DNA of 64,000 nucleotides from an uncultured delta proteobacterium (GCA_963776345.1 CAVZMH010000020.1:44626-108625); one strand, 5' to 3'. Positions 22,421-33,246 are shown, counted from the first letter of the stretch. Program-made: numbers and translations. The notes: generated by a model not told the origin, from the sequence alone.

Positions 22421-23452
22421 ATGGCCAACGTCCGAGCTGCCCTGGCGCTGCTCCCGCGGGGAGCCATCACCGGCATCGGGAGCCTGCCGCACACCCAGAT
22501 GGAGCTGGCGCTGCAGATGGCGCTGGCGGTGGACGTGCCGTACCTGCCCCAGCTCCCGACGGAGAACCCCTCCGAGCTGATGGTGCCCGCGGCGCTGGAG
22601 GGGCTCCCCGGGCTGCAGGCCGCGGACGATGGCTCCTGCACCGTCGACCTCGAGGCCTGGGAGGCGGGGCGGGGCGCGCTCGACGCGCGGATCGACACCG
22701 CGCTGCGCACCGGTGACGCCTCCGGGTTCCTGCCCGGCGTCGCCTCCACCCGGGCGCTCCGGCCGTTCCTCTGGGAGGTGCGGGAGCGCAAGCTGGCCTT
22801 CGCCAAGGCGCAGCTCGCCGGACCGGCCACGGTGCGGTGGAGCTCGCGGCTGTCGACCGGCGCGCCGCTGTCCGACCACCCGGGACTCGATGCGCAGGTC
22901 TTCCGGCTGGTGCTGGTGCGCTCGCTGGCCCTGGTGCAGGCGCTCCGGGCGGCCGGGGCGACGGCGGTCTTCTACCTGGACGAGCCCGGGCTCTACGCGC
23001 TGGACACCAGCGACGCCGCGCACCTCGCGGTGCTCTCCGAGCTCCGGTTGCTGGTCTCGGCGCTCCGGCAGCAGGGCGCGCTGGTCGGTCTGCACTGCTG
23101 CGGCAACACGCGGTGGAGCGCGCTCCTGGACCTGGGCATCGACCTGCTCTCGTTCGACGTCCGGCTGTCGCTGGACGCGGTGCTGGACGAGCCCCGGGCG
23201 GTGAAGCGCTTCCTCGACCAGGGCGGGGCGTTCTCGCTGGGCCTGGTTCCCACGGACCTGGGCCAGGAGGCGGATTCGCAGGAGCTGGCCCGGGCGGTGG
23301 AGACCTCGTTCGCCGCCGCGCTGCCGGATCGCCCCGAGGCGCTGCGTCAGTTCCTGGCCACGCCGGCGTGCGGGCTGGCCATGCGCTCGGTGCTCGAGGC
23401 CGAGCGGATCTTCGAGCAGCTCAGGGCCGCGCGGTCAGCCCTGCTGCGCTGA
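22421..23452 (+). CDS. MetE/UROD-like (zinc thiol-methyltransferase fold) protein of unknown function
   Basis: GIGSLPH near the N-terminus, LHCCGN and TPACGLA motifs that resemble MetE/MtaA-type Zn ligands. Starts 2 nt after the metH stop. Confidence 0.55.
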   Translation: MANVRAALALLPRGAITGIGSLPHTQMELALQMALAVDVPYLPQLPTENPSELMVPAALEGLPGLQAADDGSCTVDLEAWEAGRGALDARIDTALRTGDASGFLPGVASTRALRPFLWEVRERKLAFAKAQLAGPATVRWSSRLSTGAPLSDHPGLDAQVFRLVLVRSLALVQALRAAGATAVFYLDEPGLYALDTSDAAHLAVLSELRLLVSALRQQGALVGLHCCGNTRWSALLDLGIDLLSFDVRLSLDAVLDEPRAVKRFLDQGGAFSLGLVPTDLGQEADSQELARAVETSFAAALPDRPEALRQFLATPACGLAMRSVLEAERIFEQLRAARSALLR

Positions 23453-23456
23453 GCCC

Positions 23457-23780
23457 TCAGCCGCAACCGGCCAACAGCTCGCGCTCGGCCTGCGTCCAGT
23501 TCTCCGAGTCCCGGCCAGCGACGCACCCGGTCTGGAGCCAGATCTCGTAGGCGCGGCGGGCAATCTGCTCCTCGGTGGGCAGCGGCCGCGGGGGGACCGA
23601 GACGCGGTGCAGCTCCGACTTGCGCGGGGCCGGGATGGCGGCGGCGCCACGCGGGGGGCGCGGGGCGGGCGCGGGCCGGGCGGCGTGCGGCGCTCCGGTC
23701 TCGGTGGCGATGGCCGTTGTCCGGCTCGAGCCGGACGGCTCGCGGGTGTCGGCTGCGGTGGAGTGTCTCTTCGACGGCAT
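23457..23780 (-). CDS. DUF2934-type small protein
   Basis: C-terminal EEQIARRAYEIWLQTGCVAGRDSENWTQAERELL matches the DUF2934 pattern. ATG at 23780 with GAGGAAGGGA upstream. Confidence 0.6.
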   Translation of the reverse strand: MPSKRHSTAADTREPSGSSRTTAIATETGAPHAARPAPAPRPPRGAAAIPAPRKSELHRVSVPPRPLPTEEQIARRAYEIWLQTGCVAGRDSENWTQAERELLAGCG

Positions 23781-24066
23781 TGGCGGTGCGTCCCTTCCTC
23801 TTCTTCTCCACCCGGAAGGCCGGGTCCGTCCAGACACGGGGTGTCGCCCGACATTGAGCGAACCGCGAAAAGCCAGGCAATGTTCCGCACAAGACGCGGG
23901 GCGTCGTCCATAGACCGAGGGTGCAACACGGGGGCGTGTTCCAGGGTCCAAGGCACAACGCAGAGCGTCATGCTGGCCGGCAACGCGTCCGTCGCTGCGG
24001 TCTCCTTTTCGCTGGTACGGAAAGACGGGGTGACCTACTCCGGACGACCCGCTGAGGAGTGAATCG

Positions 24067-25245
24067 ATGCACGCCCGTCGCCTCGTCCTCGCCATCGCCG
24101 CCCTCGCCCTCGCCGCCTGTCAGCAGAGCAAGCCCGGGCGGATCGGCATCATCACCGCCCTGACCGGCAGCCAGCAGGCCTTCGGCCAGGCCCACGACCG
24201 CGGGTTCGAGATGGCGCTGGAGGAGATCAACGCCGCCGGCGGCGTGCTGGGGAAGCCCCTGGAGATCGTGAAGTACGACGACCAGAGCAAGGCGGACAGC
24301 GCGGCCCAGGGCGTGGCGAAGCTGGTGGACCAGGACAAGGTGAGCACGCTCATCGGCTCGTACTCGTCCGAGAGCACCAAGGCCATCGTCCCCCTGGTCG
24401 CCCGGCGCGGGGTGCCGCTCCTGATGCCCACCGCGACCGCGGACAACGTCCTCGAGAACACCCAGGGCTGGAGCTTCCGCCTCTGCTCCGGGGCGACCGA
24501 CTACGCCAACGGCATGGTGAGCTTCTGGAAGGACGCCGGCACGCCGAAGAGCCTTGCCATCGTCTACGAGAACACCAACTTCGGGCAGGCCAACGGCGCG
24601 GCGATGAAGAAGGCGGCCACCGAGGCGGCCATCCCGATCGTCGCCGACGAGTCGTACACCGCGAAGTCCCCGAGCTACACCGCGATGCTCCAGAAGGTGA
24701 AGGAGAAGTCGCCCGACGCCATCTACTTCGCCAGCTACCTGCTCGACGCCACCAGCCTCATGCACCAGTCGCGGCAGGTGGACGTGAACGCGCGCTACTT
24801 CAGCGCCGCCGGCACCGGCTTCAGCACGCCCGAGTTCCCCACCGAGGACAAGGGCGCGGGCAAGGACGCCGAGTACACCTTCAGCGTGACCCAGTGGATG
24901 CCCGAGTCGAAGTGGCCGGGCAGCGCGCAGTTCGCCGAGAAGTTCAAGGCCCGGTACGGCTCCACCCCGGCCTACCACGCGGTGCAGGCCTACACCGCGC
25001 TGAAGGTGATGGCCGCGGCGGTGAAGAAGGCCGGGAAGTGGGACCCCATCGCGATCCGCGACGCGCTCAAGGCGACCGACATGCCGGAGACCACCTTCGG
25101 CCCGGTGAAGTTCGACGCCCGGGGGCAGAACCTCCATCCGGTACTGGTGACGCAGATCCAGAAGGGGAAGTACGTCATCGTCCACCCCAGGGCCGAGGCC
25201 ACCGGGGATCCGATCGTCCCCACCCCGAAGTGGAACGAGCGCTGA
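24067..25245 (+). CDS. Branched-chain amino acid ABC transporter substrate-binding lipoprotein (LivJ/K-like)
   Basis: LALAAC lipobox. Type I periplasmic binding fold. First gene of a five-gene liv-type operon. Confidence 0.85.
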   Translation: MHARRLVLAIAALALAACQQSKPGRIGIITALTGSQQAFGQAHDRGFEMALEEINAAGGVLGKPLEIVKYDDQSKADSAAQGVAKLVDQDKVSTLIGSYSSESTKAIVPLVARRGVPLLMPTATADNVLENTQGWSFRLCSGATDYANGMVSFWKDAGTPKSLAIVYENTNFGQANGAAMKKAATEAAIPIVADESYTAKSPSYTAMLQKVKEKSPDAIYFASYLLDATSLMHQSRQVDVNARYFSAAGTGFSTPEFPTEDKGAGKDAEYTFSVTQWMPESKWPGSAQFAEKFKARYGSTPAYHAVQAYTALKVMAAAVKKAGKWDPIAIRDALKATDMPETTFGPVKFDARGQNLHPVLVTQIQKGKYVIVHPRAEATGDPIVPTPKWNER

Positions 25246-25246
25246 C

Positions 25247-26110
25247 GTGTCCTTCCTGCAGGCCTTCCTCAACGGCCTGCTGGTCGGGGGCGTCTACGCG
25301 CTGATCGCCAGCGGCATGGCGCTGATCTTCGGCGTCATGCGCCTGGTGAACTTCGCCCACGGCGCGTTCCTGATGCTGGGGACCTACCTCGGCTACTACG
25401 GCTGGACGCTGCTGGGGCTGAACCCGTACCTCGCCTTCCCGCTCTGGGGCGCGGTGCTCTTCGCCCTGGCGGTGGGCACGTACTGGCTCCTGGTCCGCCG
25501 GGTGATGGGGGCCAGCGATTTCTTGCAGATCCTCCTCACCGAGGGAATCAGCCTGACGATCATCGGCGCCGCGCAGCTGGCCTTCGGGGCGGACTACCGG
25601 CAGATCAACCTCCCCATCGCCAACCGCATCACCTCGCTCGGTCCGCTGCACTTCAGCGTGGGCTACATCCTGAGCTTCGCGGTGTCGGTGGCGCTGGTGC
25701 TGACGCTCCGGCAGTTCCTCGCCCGCACCGAGATGGGGCGAGCCATCCGCGCCGTGGCCCAGAACCGGACCGTGGCCCCGCTGATGGGCATCCGGGTGGA
25801 GCGGGTGTCGGCCATCACGTTCGGGCTGGGCATCGCCTGCGCCGGTGTGGCCGGGGCGCTCCTGCTGCCCATCTTCTGGACCAACCCCACCGTGGGCGCT
25901 CCGTACACGCTCAAGTCGTTCGTCATCGTGGTGCTGGGAGGGATGGGCAGCGTGCAGGGCGCGGCGCTGGGCGGGCTCCTGCTCGGGGTGGCCGAGCAGT
26001 TCACGGCCTACACCTGGGCCGACCGCTACACCGAGGTGGTCAACTTCATCCTCTTCCTCGCGGTGCTGCTCTTCCGGCCCCAGGGACTCTTCGGAGGGAA
26101 GGGCGCGTGA
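25247..26110 (+). CDS. livH: Branched-chain amino acid ABC transporter permease
   Basis: 287 aa, multi-TM, LivH-like (LNGLLVGGVYALIASG). Confidence 0.85.
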   Translation: MSFLQAFLNGLLVGGVYALIASGMALIFGVMRLVNFAHGAFLMLGTYLGYYGWTLLGLNPYLAFPLWGAVLFALAVGTYWLLVRRVMGASDFLQILLTEGISLTIIGAAQLAFGADYRQINLPIANRITSLGPLHFSVGYILSFAVSVALVLTLRQFLARTEMGRAIRAVAQNRTVAPLMGIRVERVSAITFGLGIACAGVAGALLLPIFWTNPTVGAPYTLKSFVIVVLGGMGSVQGAALGGLLLGVAEQFTAYTWADRYTEVVNFILFLAVLLFRPQGLFGGKGA

Positions 26111-27063
26111 GCCGGCTTCCCTGGTGGCCGACGGTGGTCTTCTTCGTCGCACTGACCAGCATGCCGCTGTGGATGCACGACGGGTACATCCTCCAGCTCG
26201 TGTTCCGGGTGGTGGTGTTCGCGGTGCTGGGCATCGCCTGGAACTTCGTGGGTGGGTACGCCGGCCAGCTGAGCCTGGGCCACGTGGCGTACTTCGGCAT
26301 CGGCGCCTACGCGATGACCCTCTCCACCGAGCGCATCGGCTGGAACCCCTGGCTGGGCGTGGTGCTCGGCGCGGTGCTGGCGGCGGTGGCGGCGCTGCTC
26401 ATCGGGAGCATCACCTTCCGGCTCCGCGGGCCGTACTTCGCGCTCTCCACCATCGCCACGGCGGAGATCATCCGGGTGCTGGTGCAGAACCAGGACACGC
26501 TGACCCACGGCGCGGTGGGCACCAACGCCCCGCTTCTCTTCCAGGCCCCGGACCTGGACGCCAAGTTCTTCTTCGGCGCCATGCCGCTGCTGGGCGGGGC
26601 CTTCGCCCTGGCCACGTGGATCCACACCTCGCGGTTCGGTTACCGGCTCCGGGCCATCCGGGAGAACGAGAACACCGCGATGGCGGTGGGTGTGAACCCG
26701 GCGGTGGACAAGCTCCTGGCTCTGATCCCCAGTGCGATGGTGACCGCGCTCGCCGGGAGCATGTACGCGAGCTACTTCAGCTTCGTGGGGCCGGACACGG
26801 TGCTGAACATCGAGATCTCGGTCCAGGCGGCGCTGATCGCCATGCTCGGCGGCGCGGCCACGGTCTGGGGGCCGATCCTCGGCTCCATCGTGCTCACCCT
26901 CACCGCGGAGATCTTCAAGAACTACTTCGAGCACACGCACCTGGTGGTCTACGGGCTCTTGCTGGTGGTGGTGGTGGTGTTCCTCCCGGGCGGGGTCATC
27001 TCGCTCTTCCAGCGGCGGTGGCGGTTCCGGCGGCAGGCCGGCCCCATCGGCGCGCCGCAGTAG
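26107..27063 (+). CDS. livM: Branched-chain amino acid ABC transporter permease
   Basis: 318 aa, multi-TM (GYAGQLSLGH motif). GTGA overlap with livH. Confidence 0.85.
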   Translation: MSRLPWWPTVVFFVALTSMPLWMHDGYILQLVFRVVVFAVLGIAWNFVGGYAGQLSLGHVAYFGIGAYAMTLSTERIGWNPWLGVVLGAVLAAVAALLIGSITFRLRGPYFALSTIATAEIIRVLVQNQDTLTHGAVGTNAPLLFQAPDLDAKFFFGAMPLLGGAFALATWIHTSRFGYRLRAIRENENTAMAVGVNPAVDKLLALIPSAMVTALAGSMYASYFSFVGPDTVLNIEISVQAALIAMLGGAATVWGPILGSIVLTLTAEIFKNYFEHTHLVVYGLLLVVVVVFLPGGVISLFQRRWRFRRQAGPIGAPQ

Positions 27064-27072
27064 GCCCTGGCC

Positions 27073-27813
27073 ATGGCGCGGATCCTCGAGTTCGAGAAGG
27101 TGAGCAAGCGGTTCGGCGGTCTGCTGGCGACCAACGAGGTCAGCTTCCACGTCGACGAGGGGGAGATCGTCTTCCTGATCGGCCCGAACGGGGCCGGGAA
27201 GACCACCGTCTTCAACCTGATCACCGGGTACGTGAAGCCGGACGCGGGCACCATCCGCTTCGCTGGCCAGGACATCACCGGGAAGGAGCCGTACCAGGCG
27301 ACCCGGCTAGGAATCGGGCGGACCTTCCAGGTCGTCCAGCCGCTGCCGGCGCTCACCGTGCGCGAGAACGTGATGCTGGGGACGTTTCTCAAGCACAAGC
27401 GCCGGGCGGACGCCGCGGCCCGGGCGGACCAGGTGCTGGAGTTCATGGGGCTGCGTGCGCGCGCCGACCAGCTGGCCAGCGGGCTGCCGCTGGCGCAGCG
27501 CAAGCTCCTGGAGGTGGCCCGGGCCATCGGCACCGGAGCGCGCCTCCTGCTCCTGGACGAGGTGATGGCGGGGCTGAACCCGCGCGAGGCCGAGGAGGTG
27601 GTGGCGCTCATCAAGCGGCTCCGCGAGTTCGGCATCACCAGCGTGGGCGGGGTAGAGCACATCATGCGGATCGTGATGTCGCTCGCCTCGCGGGTGGTGG
27701 TGCTCGACCAGGGGCGGAAGATCGCGGAAGGACCGCCGGCCGAGGTGGTGCACGACCAGAAGGTCATCGAGGCCTACCTGGGCACCAAGTTCGTGGCCGG
27801 GGGCGCGCGATGA
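27073..27813 (+). CDS. livG: ABC transporter ATP-binding protein
   Basis: GPNGAGKTT Walker A, LLLLDE Walker B. LivG-type C-terminus. Confidence 0.88.
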   Translation: MARILEFEKVSKRFGGLLATNEVSFHVDEGEIVFLIGPNGAGKTTVFNLITGYVKPDAGTIRFAGQDITGKEPYQATRLGIGRTFQVVQPLPALTVRENVMLGTFLKHKRRADAAARADQVLEFMGLRARADQLASGLPLAQRKLLEVARAIGTGARLLLLDEVMAGLNPREAEEVVALIKRLREFGITSVGGVEHIMRIVMSLASRVVVLDQGRKIAEGPPAEVVHDQKVIEAYLGTKFVAGGAR

Positions 27814-28520
27814 CCGCCCTCCTGGAATTGAACGAGGTGGTGGCCTTCTACGGGGACTTCCAGGCCCTGTTCGGGGTGAGCTTCGAGGTGCGCCCCAACG
27901 AGGTGCTGGCGATGCTCGGGGGCAACGGCGCGGGGAAGACGACCTGTCTCCGGGTCATCTCCGGGCTCCTGCGCCCGCGCTCGGGGACGGTGCGCTTCGA
28001 GGGGAAGGACATCACCCGGACCGCGCCGGACACCATCGTCGACCTGGGCATCGCCCACGTGCCGGAGGCGCGGCAGCTCTTCCCCGAGATGACGGTGGAG
28101 GAGAACCTCTACCTCGGCTCGCAGCTCCGGCGGGCGCGCGCCCACCGGGCGAGGAACCTGGAGCGGATGTACGCGCTCTTCCCCCGGCTCGCCGAGCGGC
28201 GGAAGCAGCTCGCGGGCACGCTCTCGGGAGGCGAGCAGCAGATGGTGGCCATCAGCCGGGCGCTGATGTCCGAGCCCAAGCTCCTGATGCTCGACGAGCC
28301 GTCGCTCGGGCTCTCCCCGAAGCTGACCGAGCAGACGCTGGCCGCGGTGCGGGAGATCGGCAAGTCGGTGACGGTGATGATCGTCGAGCAGAAGGTGATG
28401 GAGGGGCTGGAGATCTCCGACCGGGGGTACGTCATCGAGCACGGGAAGCTGGTGAAGGAGGGCGCGGCGGCCCAGCTGATCTCCGACCCCGGCATCCGAG
28501 AGGCTTACCTCGGGCTGTGA
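27810..28520 (+). CDS. livF: ABC transporter ATP-binding protein
   Basis: GGNGAGKTT Walker A, LSGGEQQ signature, LLMLDEPS Walker B. ATGA overlap with livG. Confidence 0.88.
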   Translation: MTALLELNEVVAFYGDFQALFGVSFEVRPNEVLAMLGGNGAGKTTCLRVISGLLRPRSGTVRFEGKDITRTAPDTIVDLGIAHVPEARQLFPEMTVEENLYLGSQLRRARAHRARNLERMYALFPRLAERRKQLAGTLSGGEQQMVAISRALMSEPKLLMLDEPSLGLSPKLTEQTLAAVREIGKSVTVMIVEQKVMEGLEISDRGYVIEHGKLVKEGAAAQLISDPGIREAYLGL

Positions 28521-28906
28521 GAACCTGGCGAGCCACGGCGGTCGTCTTGCTCCCCCTGGCGCTCGGCGCCTGCGCCCGCTCGTCTTCGCCCACGGACGGC
28601 ACATCGGGCGGCGTGGTCGCCCCGGCCCCGACGGCAGGACGGGAGCCTTCGGTCCCGACGACCGCCTCTCCGTCCGCCGCTCCCGCGGGGGAGGCGGGGC
28701 CTCCGGTCGGGGAGGCCGGCGCGGCGGGCAGGAGCTGCCGCACCGATGCCGAGTGTGGGCGGGGCAAGGTCTGCGCAGGCTGTGGAGACGGGAAGATGGA
28801 GTGCGTCGGCGGGTGCAGCTCGTCGGCCGACTGCCCGGCGGGCCAGAGCTGCGTCCAGGTCCAGTGCGTCCGCTGTCCGTGCCCCGCGCAGTGCATGAAA
28901 CGTTGA
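28517..28906 (+). CDS. Cys-rich lipoprotein (myxobacterial disulfide-repeat-like C-terminus)
   Basis: LPLALGAC lipobox. The C-terminus CRTDAECGRGKVCAGCGDGKMECVGGCSSSADCPAGQSC has about 14 Cys. GTGA overlap with livF. Confidence 0.65.
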   Translation: MRTWRATAVVLLPLALGACARSSSPTDGTSGGVVAPAPTAGREPSVPTTASPSAAPAGEAGPPVGEAGAAGRSCRTDAECGRGKVCAGCGDGKMECVGGCSSSADCPAGQSCVQVQCVRCPCPAQCMKR

Positions 28907-28932
28907 GCCGGCGGGGGCACACGGAGGGTTTC

Positions 28933-30015
28933 ATGGGCCAGGTCGTGACGGTGCTCGCGCTGCTCCTCTCCGGCCTGGCCCGGGCCGAGGCGCCCGGCCT
29001 CGCGGTCCAGGTGCTCGGCTCCGGCGGACCGCGCCCCTCCGCGCAGGCCTCGAGCGGGACGCTGATCCTGGTGGACGGGGTGGCGCGCATTCTGGTGGAC
29101 GCCGGCCCCGGGACATTGCTTCGGGCCGGAGAATCCCAGGTGGACCTGTCGCAGCTCGACACGGTGCTCCTCACCCACCTGCACACGGACCACTCGGTCG
29201 AGCTGCCCTCGTTCGCGACGGTGCGCTCACTCGATGGCCGCGGCACGACGCGCCTGCGGGTCGTCGGCCCGGACGGGAACGCCGCGTTCCCGTCCACCCG
29301 CGCATTCGTCTCGGCCCTGCTCGGACCGCAGGGCGCGTTCCGTTACGTGCGGCACTTCGGGGCCGAGCTCACCATCGAGGCGATGGACGTCCCGGCGGGT
29401 CCGCGGGCTGCGCCGAAGCAGCTCGCGCTCGGCGAGGGTCTCGTCGTCACCGCGCGGGGTCACCACCACGGGGACGCACCGGCGGTTGCCTACCGCATCG
29501 AGCACGCCGGCAAGACGGTCGTCCTCACCGGCGACGTGGACCCGTCCGGACTCTCCTCCGTGGAGCAGCTCGCGTCGGGGGCGGACCTCCTGGTCATCAG
29601 CTGCTCGGTCCTGGACCCACCGGACTCGCCGCCGGGGCTGTACGAGCGCCACAGCCCACCGTCGGCGATCGGCCGGACGGCCGCGCGCGCCCGGGTGAAG
29701 GCGCTGCTCTGCACGCATCTGCCGCCGGCGGTGAGGGCGCATTCGGATGCGCTCCGGCGCTCGCTCGCCGCGGGCTTCCCGGGCCCGGTCACGCTGGCCA
29801 CGGACGGGCTCGTCGTCCCGGTCGCTCCGGCGGGCGCGCCTGTCGGCCCGTGCCAGACGGACGCGGACTGCTCGCCGGCCCAGTCGTGTCTCTCGAGCGG
29901 CAGCCGGAGGGCGTGCGTCGCGGACTGCCGGAAGACGGGCTGCGGCGGGGGAGGAAGATGCGTCGAGGTGCACGAGTGCCGGATGGGTCCGTGCCCATGG
30001 GTCTGCGAGCGCTGA
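28933..30015 (+). CDS. Secreted MBL-fold metallo-hydrolase with a Cys-rich C-terminal module
   Basis: Signal peptide, then a THLHTDH metallo-beta-lactamase motif. C-terminal CQTDADCSPAQSC...CRMGPCPWVC. Confidence 0.75.
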   Translation: MGQVVTVLALLLSGLARAEAPGLAVQVLGSGGPRPSAQASSGTLILVDGVARILVDAGPGTLLRAGESQVDLSQLDTVLLTHLHTDHSVELPSFATVRSLDGRGTTRLRVVGPDGNAAFPSTRAFVSALLGPQGAFRYVRHFGAELTIEAMDVPAGPRAAPKQLALGEGLVVTARGHHHGDAPAVAYRIEHAGKTVVLTGDVDPSGLSSVEQLASGADLLVISCSVLDPPDSPPGLYERHSPPSAIGRTAARARVKALLCTHLPPAVRAHSDALRRSLAAGFPGPVTLATDGLVVPVAPAGAPVGPCQTDADCSPAQSCLSSGSRRACVADCRKTGCGGGGRCVEVHECRMGPCPWVCER

Positions 30016-30132
30016 CGGACGCATCAGCGACGCGCGGAGCGTTCGACAACCAGCGCTACTTCGGCCAGGAGTGCGTGCCAGCCAGCTGAACTCGCCGCCG
30101 GGCCGTCCTAGACTTCCCCAGCGAGGCGGACG

Positions 30133-30852
30133 ATGCGCTCGGTTCGCTCGGTCATCGTGGTGCTCTTGCTCGGAGGCATCGCCGGCGCCGGCGGCCCTGA
30201 CGCCGGCCCTGCGCCGGACCGCCGCGCCGCCGAGCGGCTGCAGATGGTCGAGCGGTACATCGCGTCCGAGGGGATCCGCGACCCGGCCACACTCCAGGCG
30301 ATGCGGACCGTCCCTCGCCACGAGTTCGTGCCCCCGGGGCTGGTGGGCGTGGCCTACGAGAACCGCCCGCTGCCCATCGGCCTCGGTCAGACCATCTCCC
30401 AGCCGTACATCGTGGCCTACCAGACCGAGGTCGTCCGCCCCCGCGAGGGCCTCAAGGTGCTCGAGGTGGGGACGGGCTCGGGCTACCAGGCCGCCGTCCT
30501 CGCCGCCGCCGGAGCGCGGGTCTACACGATGGAGATCTTCGCCGAGCTGGCCACCACCGCGCGGCAACGCCTGGAGCGGCTGGGCTACCGCGCGACCGTG
30601 CGCCACGGCGACGGCAACCTGGGCTGGCCGGAGGAGGCCCCCTTCGACGCCATCGTGGTCACCGCCGCGGCCTCCCACGTCCCTCCGGCGCTGATCGAGC
30701 AGCTCAAGCCCGGGGGACGGATGGTCATCCCGGTGGGGAGCATGTTCGGCGCCCAGAATCTGCTCCAGGTCGACAAGGACGCCTCCGGCACGGTGCGAAC
30801 CCGCATCCTGCTCCCGGTCGCCTTCGTGCCGATGCTGAGCGGCCTCCGGTGA
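30133..30852 (+). CDS. pcm: Protein-L-isoaspartate O-methyltransferase with a signal peptide
   Basis: TISQPYIVA and VLEVGTGSGYQAAVLA motifs. Confidence 0.88.
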   Translation: MRSVRSVIVVLLLGGIAGAGGPDAGPAPDRRAAERLQMVERYIASEGIRDPATLQAMRTVPRHEFVPPGLVGVAYENRPLPIGLGQTISQPYIVAYQTEVVRPREGLKVLEVGTGSGYQAAVLAAAGARVYTMEIFAELATTARQRLERLGYRATVRHGDGNLGWPEEAPFDAIVVTAAASHVPPALIEQLKPGGRMVIPVGSMFGAQNLLQVDKDASGTVRTRILLPVAFVPMLSGLR

Positions 30853-30883
30853 GCTCGCCGGAGCAGCGGGGGCTGACGACCCG

Positions 30884-33246
30884 GTGGTCACGCTGCTCTC
30901 CGCCGCCACGACCGCGTACGAGATCCTCCTGGTCCGCCTCTTCGGCGTGGAGCAGTTCCACCACTTCGCCACGATGGCGATCGGCGTCGCGCTTCTCGGG
31001 CTCGGCGCCAGCGGCACGCTGGGCGCCCTCCTTCCGCCGGCAGACGCTGGGGCGGCGGGACGCCGGCTCCGCGTCGCCGCGATCGCCACCGCGCTGGCCC
31101 TGGTCGCCTCGCCCTGGCTCTCCCACCGGGTGAACGTCGAGCCGACCCAGCTGCCCTTCGAGCGGGGCCAGTGGCTCCGGCTGGCGGTGCTCGTCGCGGG
31201 GCTCGCGCTTCCCTTCCTCGCCGGGGGTCTCGCCACCCTGACCGGCTTCGTGCTCGCGCCCGGCCGCACCGGCCGCCTCTACGGCGCGAGCTTCGCCGGG
31301 GGCGCGCTGGGAGTGGCGCTCGCCCTGGTCGTTCTCTTCGTGCTCCCGCCGGCGAGGTCGCTCGTCCTCCCGCCGGTGCTCGCTGCCCTGGGGGCGATGG
31401 CCCTCGGGTGGCGGAGCGTGGCCGGGTCGCTGGCCGCGGTCGGGGGGCTCGTCGGGGCCTGGCTCTTCCTCGGGCCGGGATGGGACGCTCAGCTCAGCCC
31501 GTACAAGAGTCTCCCGCAGCTCTCGGCGCTCCCCGGCGCGCGCCGGGTCGCCGAGCGCTTCAGTCCCCTGGGATGGGTCCTGGCCATCGAGGCGCCGTCC
31601 TTTCACGCCGCGCCCGGCCTGTCGCTGGCCTTCCACGGGAGCTTCCCCCGGCAGACCGCGCTCCTGCTCGACGGAGACGTCGCCGGGGCGGCCACCGACC
31701 TGACCGATCCCGGAGCGGCGGCGCTGGCGGCTGCGCTCCCGACCTCGGTGCCGTACGCGCTGGCCGAGCGCCGTCGCGTCCTCCTGGTCGGGGTGGGTGA
31801 TGGGCTCGACCTCGAGGCGGCGCTCGAGTCCGGCGCCGAGCGGGTGATGATGCTGGAGCCAAACCCGGACCTGCTTCGCCTCGCCCGCGAGCTTGGCCGT
31901 CTCAAGTTCTGGCAGGAGGGGCCGCTCGAGGATCGGGTCGGTCAGGCCCGTGCCGTCCTGGCCCGCGGACGGGAAACGTTCGATCTCATCTCGCTGGCCC
32001 CCGCCACGGGCCACGGAGCCTCGGTGGGCGGGGTTCGCGCCCTGGAGGAGGACTTCCTCCACACGGCCGATGCGTACGAGCTCTTCCTGCGCCACCTCGA
32101 GCCGGAGGGCGTTCTCTCGGTCACCACCTGGCTGTCGACTCCGCCCCGGGAGAGCGTGCGGACCGTGCTCACGGTCGGGGAGGCGTTGCGGCGACTCGGC
32201 CATCCTCCGGCGCTCAGGCTGATCGTTCTGCGGAGCTGGGGGACGGTCACCGTGCTGGCGCGGCCGGTGGCCTTCAGCGCCGGGGAGCTGGCGCAGGTGC
32301 GTGCTCTGGCCCGTGAGCGCGGGCTCGATCTCGACTGGCCACTGGAGGAGCGCTCCTCCGAGCTCCCGTTCAACGTGCTCGAGGACACCTCGCTCCGGCA
32401 GGCCGCGGCCGTCACCACCCGAACCCCGGAGGACGCGGCCCGCTTCGCGGCGGGGTACCCTTTCGACGTGGCGCCGGTGGACGACGCGCGGCCCTATCCG
32501 CACCACTTCCTGAGGCTGAGGAGCATCCCGGCGCTGGTGCAAGGCGCCCGGGGCTCGTGGCTTCCCTTCGCCGAGTGGGGCCCGATCGCGATGCTCGCGA
32601 CGCTGGTGCAGACCGCCCTGGTCGCGATGTTGCTCCTGGTGGTTCCAGTCGCGGTGTGGGGGCGCCGCACCGGACGGACCGCTCCGTGGTGGGCGTTGCT
32701 TGGGTACTTCGGAGCGCTGGGGTTCGCGTACATGGCGGCGGAGGTCGCGGCCATCCAGCAGCTCGGGCTGCTCCTCGGTCATCCGGTCTACGCGGTGGCG
32801 GGGGTCCTGGTGGTCTTTCTGCTCTGCTCCGGCGTGGGGAGCGCCTGGTCCGACCGGCTCCAGCCCTCGGCGGGCCGTGGCGCGTGCGTGCTCCTCGCGC
32901 TCCTGCTTGCGGGATGGCCGTGGGGCTGCTCGGTCTCGTGCACCGGCTCGAGCCGGTTGCGATGCCAGTCAGGATCCTCGCGATCCTGGCCGCCCTGGCT
33001 CCAGCGGCCTTCCTGATGGGAGTGCCGTTCGCGCTTGGACTCCGGCGGCTCGCTCCGGAGGGTGGGGCGCTGGCCTGGGCCTGGGCGTCGAACGGCTTCG
33101 CCTCGGTGGTCGCCGCGCCGCTGTCCGCCCTGCTGTCGCTGGAGCTTGGTTCCCGGGTCCTCCTCGCGTCCGCCGCGGCGGCGTACGCGCTGGCGGGCGC
33201 GGTGATCTGGGCGGCGGGACGACAGGGGGCACGCCGCCCGGCGTGA
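30884..33246 (+). pseudogene. Polytopic membrane spermidine-synthase-like protein, with a frameshift near 32913 as sequenced
   Basis: N-terminal TM bundle and a central SpeE-like region (VLLVGVGDGLDLEAAL). After ...ACVLLALLLAG the frame becomes junk. The adjacent frame continues MAVGLLGLVHRLEP...WASNGFASVVAAPL... with more TM helices up to 33246. Confidence 0.65.
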
